Made by a program: the position numbers and the translations under genes. Positions 29,956-38,300 of a stretch of 64,000 nt of DNA are shown piece by piece. The stretch spans positions 187 through 64,186 of the forward strand of contig CAOYAN010000009.1 in assembly GCA_948562205.1 (NCBI GenBank), written 5' to 3'. The notes beneath the pieces were generated by a model that was not told where the DNA came from, made no database searches, and saw nothing but the letters and a program-made list of their open reading frames with translations. The stretch comes from an uncultured Clostridia bacterium. GTDB taxonomy: Bacteria; Bacillota; Clostridia; TANB77; CAG-465. Every line of letters starts with the position of its first letter. Positions within the stretch are counted from its first letter, which is position 1.

Positions 29956-30518
29956 ATGAAAAATATATTAATTATTGGTCCACCTAGGGTTGGCAAATCA
30001 ACTTTAGCATCACTTTTATGTAAAAAATATAACTTTAATTATATTAGTGGAGATAGTATTAGAAATGCCTTTATAAATATATATCCAGAACTAGGTTATT
30101 CTACAAAAAATACTATTGAAAAAATAGAATTTTGCAAATTTATAAGGTGGATAAGTGATGAAAATAATATTCATTTAAAAAGAAATATCTATTATGTAAT
30201 AGATTCAGCTGATATTTCTATTGAGAATGTAAAAAAGTTTTTAAAGATTTTTTGATTATTGGAATAGGTTGTAAAGATATTAGTCCAAATAAACAATTAG
30301 AAAATATAAAGGCTCATGACACTAAACTAGATTGGACATATGGATATAGTGATGAAGAATTATTAGAAATTATCAATACTACCATATCCAAAAGTAAATT
30401 ATTATATAATCAATGTAGTTTAAATAATATTCCATATTTTGATACTTCTATAGATAGAAATAAGACTTATAATGAAATTTATGAGTTTATAGAAAGAAGT
30501 GAAAATAATAATGAGTAA
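29956..30518 (+). pseudogene. P-loop NTPase/kinase-like gene split by a frameshift at a T6 run
   Basis: Walker A GPPRVGKST; ORF 29890-30255 and ORF 30252-30518 fuse if one T is added at 30246-30251. Confidence 0.55.
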
Positions 30519-31110
30519 AATATTTTTATTTGATTTAGGGAATGTATTAGCCTATCCGATTGATAATAAAGTTTTGTATAATAAATTAAATTGTAAGATT
30601 TCATATAAAGATTTTGAAGAATACTGGCTATGTAATGACCTCATAATAAAATCTCATATGGGATTAGTATCTGATGATGTGTCTATAAGAGAATTATTAA
30701 AATATTGTAAAAGTAATTTATCTATTAAAGACTTTTATAAAATATATAATGATTTAGATGCGACCTTTTTTTCTGATACATTAGAGATAATAAAACAACT
30801 AAAAGAAAAAGGATATAAAGTTGGATTGCTTTCAAATTTGAGACTTATAGATTACAATAGATATAATAACAAAATAGAAAAAATTAAGTTTGATTATATT
30901 TTTTTATCGTATGAGATGAAATGCCTTAAACCAAATGATGAAATATACAAAAAAGTCATTAATGATTGTAATTGTAATCCAAATGATATAGTTTTCTTTG
31001 ATGATAATGATAAAAACGTTATAGCAGCAAAGAATAATGGAATTAATTGTTATAAAGTTACAGGTAATAATATAAAGAATATATTTAAATTATATTTTGC
31101 TAATATTTAA
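30511..31110 (+). CDS. HAD-superfamily hydrolase
   Basis: FDLGNVL motif I; LSN; FFDDN.KN motif. Confidence 0.7.
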   Translation: MSKIFLFDLGNVLAYPIDNKVLYNKLNCKISYKDFEEYWLCNDLIIKSHMGLVSDDVSIRELLKYCKSNLSIKDFYKIYNDLDATFFSDTLEIIKQLKEKGYKVGLLSNLRLIDYNRYNNKIEKIKFDYIFLSYEMKCLKPNDEIYKKVINDCNCNPNDIVFFDDNDKNVIAAKNNGINCYKVTGNNIKNIFKLYFANI

Positions 31111-31358
31111 TAAAATGTAAATAATAATTGTTTAGTTTGGTTACTATCAGCAATAAGGTTGAATTAGAGGTTATAAAAGAAATTAAATCCTCTACATAAT
31201 AGTAAAATGCATTCTAAAATCAAGTTAAGGTTGTACTATTCTTCTATACTTGCATTGCAACAAGAACCGTGATAAAATAATATTGATAAAAAATGGAGTG
31301 GGAAAGAGATATTTATAGAACAAATTGTATAAAATAATAAAATTAAGGAAAAAATAGT

Positions 31359-32150
31359 ATGAATATTTATGTAGAGTTAAATAAAATAATAGATTATATA
31401 GAAGAAAATTTAGAAAATAAAATAGATTATGGTAAGCTTGCAAACATGATAGGTGTAAATGAATATACATTCCAAAAAATATTTTCACTTATTGCAGGTA
31501 TTTCTATATCAGAATATATTAGAAATAGAAGAATGTCAAATTCTGGACAAGATATATTACTTTCAAATTGTAAGGTTATTGATATAGCTTTAAAATATCA
31601 ATATAATAATGCTACTTCTTTTTCTAGAGCGTTTGAAAAGTTTCATGGTATAAAGCCAAGTGAGGTAAGAAAAAGACAAAATAATTTGAAACTTTATTCC
31701 AAACTACATTTTAATGAAATATGTGATAGTAGTAAAAATATAAATTATGATATTGTTGAAATTGATAGTATGACTTTATATGGTAATTATGTAATTACAA
31801 CAAATGAAAAAGTAGGAAGAGATGCACCAAACTTTTATAAAAAGATGTCTAAAATATATGGTGAGCCAAAATATGGTATGGTAGAATACTATGCAAAAGA
31901 TAGAATTAGAGTAAAATCATATTGGATATTATATGATGAAAATAAAAAAGGATTAATAAAAATTAAAATTCCAAAAAGTAGATGGATATTAATTAGAATA
32001 CTATCACAAGAGGCAAAAGATATTCAAGAAGCATCTACAACATTTTATAATAATTTTCTACCAAGTTGTAAGTATAATTTTAGGGATTTACCTGAGATAG
32101 AATATTATCATGATGATATAACAGATTTTTTAATTCCAATAGAGGACTGA
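31359..32150 (+). CDS. AraC-family regulator with a GyrI-like effector domain
   Basis: HTH_18-like N-terminus (SFSRAFEKFHGIKPSE) and a GyrI-like C-terminal half. Confidence 0.85.
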   Translation: MNIYVELNKIIDYIEENLENKIDYGKLANMIGVNEYTFQKIFSLIAGISISEYIRNRRMSNSGQDILLSNCKVIDIALKYQYNNATSFSRAFEKFHGIKPSEVRKRQNNLKLYSKLHFNEICDSSKNINYDIVEIDSMTLYGNYVITTNEKVGRDAPNFYKKMSKIYGEPKYGMVEYYAKDRIRVKSYWILYDENKKGLIKIKIPKSRWILIRILSQEAKDIQEASTTFYNNFLPSCKYNFRDLPEIEYYHDDITDFLIPIED

Positions 32151-32180
32151 CTTTTTTTGTAATGAAAAAGTCAGTTTTTA
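32147..32180 (+). terminator. intrinsic terminator after the AraC gene
   Basis: CTGACTTTTT pairs with AAAAAGTCAG, then TTTTTA. Confidence 0.6.
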
Positions 32181-32227
32181 TACGTATAAATTTGATATAA
32201 TATTTATAATTTAAAATGGTGATTGAA

Positions 32228-34114
32228 ATGAATAAAAATGTTTTTGAAATATATCTTACTTCACCATATGTAAGAGGTGAAGAGTGGTTAAGATTTATAT
32301 ACAAAATATCAAAAATAAATGGAATATTTAGATACTGGAATTTATGGATATGTTTTGAGAAAAGTTATATAAAATATTATATAGAAACAGATAGAATACT
32401 TCCACCAATAGTAGGAGAGATAGGACAGTTTCTAATAAAGAGGACAGATATTTCTCTAAGAAGCAAAACATCACTTAGTATGCCATATGTATTAACTAAA
32501 AATTATAAAACACTACTTGATTTATACGATAGATTTGATGCTAAAAACTCACAAAAAGTAAAAAGTGTAAAAATTACTTTTTTTCCATATAAATGTGATA
32601 ACTATTTATCAACTACTCATTTATATTTAGAAGATGATTTTGGTAATGTTATAGATAAAAAAGTTTTTTTAAATAGTGAAATATATAATTTTATAAGTCT
32701 TGATTTTAGTACACATATAAGATTTTTATATAGTAAAAATGAAGCAAAGTATTTAAATCCAAAAAAGATAATAAATTTACTTAGTAGTGATAAAAATAAT
32801 GCAATACTTAGAGCTGATGTTTTTCCATATTTGCAAGATGAACTTTATCTAAATTACACAAATTATGATTTTGCTACTCATTCTCTAGTAGTGGGGGCTA
32901 GTGGCACTGGGAAGACTAAACTTATTAGCTCTATGATTAAGAATATGTCATATAATACTCAAAATAAGTTAAATTATAAAATAGTCGTAATTGATCCACA
33001 TGACTCAATAAAAGAAGATATTGGTGGTCTAGAGGAGAGTTGTGTGATAGATTTTAAGACTAGTGATAAGAGTGTAAATTTATTTGTAAATTCTACGTCT
33101 GATATACTTGCAACAACAGAGTCTATAATTTCAATACTTAAAAATATAATCGCAGATAGATATAATTCAAAGCTTGAAAGAGTGCTTAGATATAGTATTC
33201 ATTTGTTACTAGAAAACAAAGAATTTAGTCTTGTAACTTTAAGGAAATTACTTACTGAGATAGAGTATAGAAATAAAGTTATAAGAGAGGTTGAAGATTT
33301 TATTGCACCTAATGTAATAGAGTTTTTTAGAGTAGATTTTAGTGAGCTTAAAAATAAATCATATCAAGAAGCTATTTCACCTATAATCTCTTTTATAGAT
33401 GAAATGGAAATGTTACCTGCTCTAAATTCTACTGATGGAATAAGTACTATTGAAGATAAAATAAGAAAAAATTTTGTGACAATTTTATCTCTTGATCAAA
33501 TGAGTCTAGGATTAAATATTACTAAGACTATAGCAGGATTTGCAATGCAACAACTTTTACAACTAGTTCAGTCACATAGTTTTTATGAACATATTATATT
33601 AGTTGTAGATGAGGTTGCCGTAATTGAAAATCCAATACTTAATAGATTTTTAGCAGAGGCTAGAAAGTATAATTTATCTTTAATTTTAGCTAGTCAATAT
33701 TTTGAACAGATAAGTGAAGAACTTCAAAAATCTATTTTTACTAATGTAATAAATTATTTTATATTTAGAATTTCTAGAATGGATGCTATAAAACTTGAGA
33801 GAAATATACAAATGGAGCTTGCAGTAAACGATACTACTGCTATGAGAGTTAAGATGTTTTCAGAGTTAAATAATAGAGAATGCATTGTAAGGATTGGTAG
33901 TGGTGGTAAGATGTTTTCTGCTTTTAAAGGAAAAACACTAGATTTTATACCTGTTCCATATATAGAAAAAGATATAGTAGAAAAAAAGTTTAAAGAAAAC
34001 AAAAATATAGAAAAAAAGAAATCTTTTAGTATAAATACAAATAGTTCTCTAAAAGATATAATGTCTAAACAATCTACATCAAGAAAGAAGGTGAATTTCA
34101 TAAATGAAGGATAA
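32228..34114 (+). CDS. FtsK/HerA-superfamily (DUF87-like) P-loop ATPase with an unknown 220-aa N-terminal domain
   Basis: HSLVVGASGTGKT, VVIDPHDS, ILVVDE, LILASQ; GGTGA RBS before the ATG at 32228. Confidence 0.75.
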   Translation: MNKNVFEIYLTSPYVRGEEWLRFIYKISKINGIFRYWNLWICFEKSYIKYYIETDRILPPIVGEIGQFLIKRTDISLRSKTSLSMPYVLTKNYKTLLDLYDRFDAKNSQKVKSVKITFFPYKCDNYLSTTHLYLEDDFGNVIDKKVFLNSEIYNFISLDFSTHIRFLYSKNEAKYLNPKKIINLLSSDKNNAILRADVFPYLQDELYLNYTNYDFATHSLVVGASGTGKTKLISSMIKNMSYNTQNKLNYKIVVIDPHDSIKEDIGGLEESCVIDFKTSDKSVNLFVNSTSDILATTESIISILKNIIADRYNSKLERVLRYSIHLLLENKEFSLVTLRKLLTEIEYRNKVIREVEDFIAPNVIEFFRVDFSELKNKSYQEAISPIISFIDEMEMLPALNSTDGISTIEDKIRKNFVTILSLDQMSLGLNITKTIAGFAMQQLLQLVQSHSFYEHIILVVDEVAVIENPILNRFLAEARKYNLSLILASQYFEQISEELQKSIFTNVINYFIFRISRMDAIKLERNIQMELAVNDTTAMRVKMFSELNNRECIVRIGSGGKMFSAFKGKTLDFIPVPYIEKDIVEKKFKENKNIEKKKSFSINTNSSLKDIMSKQSTSRKKVNFINEG

Positions 34115-34817
34115 GGAATGCATGCAAGTGCTAGATGATATATTTATGGAAATATTTAGTAAGAAGTGTACTTTAAATTTAGATCAAGTATTATCTGAAT
34201 TTGCTTTTGATGTAAGGCTTCCAAATAAAGTAATAGATGCAGTGGACTCAAAGGATACATGGGCATCATCTATTAATTCAAATAAATATATAAGTCAAAC
34301 TAATATGGAAAAATATGATGAGTATAAAGGTTGGATGAGAGAAAAAGAAGAAATATCTTCACTAGACGATATTTTAAATCTTTGGAATGTAATAAATTAT
34401 ACTACTACAGAAAGAGTTTATGATAGTGATAATGTATCTAAAAGTGACACTATTTATGGCTGTGAGAATGTGTATAGGAGTCAAGACTGTAGAAGATGTA
34501 AAAATGTAGTATTTTCTGATGGTTGTGCAAATTCTGAATATATTCTTGCGTGTCAAAGAAGTGCCAATTTAAATTATTGTATTAAAGTAGATGATTCTTC
34601 TGATTGTTCTAATTGCTATAGTGTTGTGTGTGCAGGAAAAATTAGTAATTCTTTTTTTATACAAGATGCAAATTCTCTACATGAATGTATGTTTTGTTCA
34701 CATATTTCAAATCGCAGATATTGTATAGCAAATATGCAATTTGAAAAAGATGAGTACATGGAAATAAAAGAACAAGTTATAAAATGGTTAATAGAACAGT
34801 TTAAAAATAATGAATAG
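34104..34817 (+). CDS. Cys-rich protein with a roughly 12-residue periodic C-terminal half, unknown family
   Basis: Overlaps the ATPase gene by 11 nt; 14 Cys within about 95 aa, including three CxxC. Confidence 0.6.
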   Translation: MKDKECMQVLDDIFMEIFSKKCTLNLDQVLSEFAFDVRLPNKVIDAVDSKDTWASSINSNKYISQTNMEKYDEYKGWMREKEEISSLDDILNLWNVINYTTTERVYDSDNVSKSDTIYGCENVYRSQDCRRCKNVVFSDGCANSEYILACQRSANLNYCIKVDDSSDCSNCYSVVCAGKISNSFFIQDANSLHECMFCSHISNRRYCIANMQFEKDEYMEIKEQVIKWLIEQFKNNE

Positions 34818-35130
34818 AATATATGGAACTTTAAAAATAGCCCTATAGGTTTTTTATACACTTTTTGTGTGTTATCCTGTAAGGTACATTTTATTTTTTA
34901 TAATCTCTTATTTTTTTAGATTCTAAAAAAAATATAAATATATGTATATTAGAAAATAATGCTGAAGTCATTTATGCATTCCAATAAATATTTCACAGTA
35001 TAAGAAAACAAAAATTTTTATTTTATACTTGAAAAAAATTTAGAAAAATGCTAAGATAAATATGTAATCAAGTAAAAAAAGAAAGGAAAATGATTATGGT
35101 AACTAAAATGAGCACAAGTATGAATGAACT

Positions 35131-35149
35131 ACACACACACACACACACA
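35131..35149. repeat. (AC)9 dinucleotide microsatellite
   Basis: ACACACACACACACACACA read directly. Confidence 0.95.
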
Positions 35150-35367
35150 ACTAAGTTTTAAAAACACAAGAAAATATGAAATAACAAGGGGAGATTCTGC
35201 CTTAAAATATATAGACTGATACTAGATAATGGTACCAGTTATTTTTGCGTGTAAAAACAAGTACAATAGGTCATGTTAACAAGTATAATAAGTCATTCAA
35301 TATTTTTAAAAAATAGTATATTATATAAAAATAGGAGAAAAATAAAGAATAGGAGGCAAATAGATAT

Positions 35368-38300
35368 ATGGAAGAAATGAATAAAAATAATAGCAAAATA
35401 GATAAGAAAAAAAAGAGAAAAAAGAACAAAATAAAGAGGCAAATATCAATATTTACAATGATGCTTTGGGTGTTTTTAATAAGTGTAATGATAACGATAA
35501 CAGTAAATAGTACAAAAAAGACAAATGCATTAGAGGTAGAAGATGAAAATTGGAATATACAGCTAGTAATGTATGATAGAAGTAGTGATACACCAAATCA
35601 AGCAATAACAGAATTTACATGGAATGCAGAAAGGAGTTTAAGAAATCAGCAACTATGCATGCAAATAAACTATGCATGCACAACAAATAAGGGATATCAA
35701 TCAGGAGAAATAGAAATAACAATACCAGGTTTTGGAAATAGTGGAAGTGAGTCACATAGAAGTTATTATCCTAATGTAACTATAGCTGCAGATAAAGTAA
35801 GTGATAATAATAAAAAGTATGATTGGAGTTATAGCTATGATAACGAAAATAACTTATATACATTTATAAATAATGGAATAATAGAAGAAAATGAGCATTT
35901 TGAGGGAACAATACAAATCGTATATGACTTGGAACCTATATTTAAAATAAAAACAGATTTAGAGTTTAGTGCAAAGATAAAAGAGAATAAAGAAAATCTA
36001 GATGAAATAATAGCAAAAGAATCAAATATATGTAATTTTCATTATACATCAATAAAAACTACATATATCTTAACAAAAAAAGCAGCAGCTGCTCCAAAGA
36101 TAGATTATACCAAAATAGAAGAAATATTAGATGATTATTATTGGGTAAAATATAATTTTGAGTTTATAAGTAGTATTTTAGGAATAATACAAGCATATGG
36201 AGATGATAATAAAACATTTGGAGAGAATAATAAATCAAATTGTATAAAGGATACATTACCAGAGGGATGTGTTCTTTATGATAATGAATTAAATAGGATT
36301 TATCCTAAAGAAGATAATACCTATTATTATTTAAAATGTAGAACAGATTACTATGTTGGGTATCCTAAAGATAAATATAATGAAAATGATAATATAACTA
36401 ATACTGCAGAGTTATGGGGAAGATATGAAGATGAAGAAGAAAAACAAAAGCTTGCTGAAGCAAATATAAGTATAGATTTAAAAGATCACGATTTTGAATA
36501 TAAAGGATCATTATATAGTATGTCAAAATATAATAGTGGTAGTGCTGTTGATAAGTATATAAGTAAAATAAAAAGTAATAATGGAGAAACAATGTCATGG
36601 TATTTAGATCCAAGAGTTTTCTATACAGATAATAAAATGGATGTAGAGATAGGAGATGATTTGTTATATATAACAAGAGAGAATGGCGAAGTAACAAAAT
36701 TAAATGATGATGAATATAATTTTACACAAATAGATATGCCAATATTTTATACATATAATAAGTATACTGGAACTAAAGGAGATAAATTGGTAGGATATAA
36801 ATATGAAATAGAAGTAAGATATAAAAATACCAGTGAATATGTAATATATAGAAAAGGAACAATAGGAAGAGAAACTATAAAATTTGATAGTAAAGATATA
36901 GTAGGATTAAAAATAACAATAAAAGATTTAGATAAAACATTATATACTACTAATGATTATAAGGATTGTATATCAGTACAAACTAATATACATACACAAG
37001 ATAGTAATATTGGTAAATTGTACAATTTTGCCTATTATAATGTGTATAAAAGAGATGAAGATGGGAATAAAACACTTGTAAATGGTGTGACAGGTGAAAA
37101 TTATAGTGCATTTTCCAAACAATTAAAAGTAGATGAAAATGATATTGGGGTATATGGAATGTATTTGCCTAGGAGAAGTGCTGAATATAGAATAGTAAAT
37201 GGATATCCATTTAGATTGTCTACAGAAAAGGAAAAGTTAGAAAGTAGCAATAATGTTCAAGAAAGAAAATATGAAATAAATTATACATTAAGTAGTTTGT
37301 TAACAGAATTAAAATATTATAATATTGATAAAGATGTAATAATAAAACAATATGATATATTACCAAGTGGAATGAATCTTGTAAGTAGCGAAAATGATAT
37401 AATAGAGAGTATAACATCAAATTTACCATATGAAAAATTAAAATTAAAAAATGGCACATTATTCAATACAAAAGAAGAATTTGAAAGTTATATAAAAGGA
37501 AATACAATAGTGGATATAGATTATAATTATAGAGAAAGTGGAAGAACTAAAATAAGTATAATATATAATTTAAATGAAATAGATTGGAGCTATTATTTAG
37601 AAAATAGTTTTACTCTTAATGGTTTTTATGGGATGTTATTAGTTTTAAAAACAGAAATACCATATGATAGTATATTAGAATATGGAACAAGATATGAGAA
37701 TTATACATATGCTATGTGGAATAATCAAGAATATAGTTATTATTATCGTAATTATAGTGTAGATGATGGTAGATATGATCCACTAGCAAGTGATATAGAT
37801 GAAGATGGAGATACAACAGAAAAGGTTTCATATGCATTAGATACTTTAAACATAACGCATGCCGTATCATCACAACAAGCAGTAATAAAACAAGTAAGAA
37901 CTGATCTTACAAAAGGAAAATTTATTGAAGGAACAGTAGAAGCAACTGCTAGAAGTGAGTATACATATAAACTAAGGGTTACAACGGGTGCAAATAGTCT
38001 AAAAGATCTTATTATTTATGATACACTAGAAACAATTTATGATGAAAGTGGTAATAATATAAGTAATGGATGGAATGGTAAATTTTTAGGAGTAGATACA
38101 TCATATGCTATGTCTAAAGGATATGCACCTAAAGTATATTATTCAGTGGAAAAGAACCCTGGAAAACTAACAGAAGTACCAGAAAAATGGATAGAGCTAA
38201 CAGATGAAGTAGATAAGACAACAGTAAAATCAATATGTGTAGATTTAAGATATATGTCAGATGGAACAGAGATGGAACTTTCTGGAAACAATGTAGTATT

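Noticed and set aside
31225-31488. 87-aa minus-strand ORF overlapping the AraC gene start
   Set aside because: It has no RBS and gives a Phe/Leu/Tyr-rich shadow translation. The plus-strand AraC gene is well supported.
34616-34861. 81-aa minus-strand ORF at the 3' end of the Cys-rich gene
   Set aside because: It is antisense to the coupled plus-strand gene and has no RBS.
35165-35367. c-di-GMP riboswitch upstream of the adhesin, as seen before some clostridial adhesin and pilin genes
   Set aside because: The region is extremely AT-rich, and I could not see the conserved GC-rich helices or GEMM-type motifs. An Rfam scan would be needed to exclude it fully.
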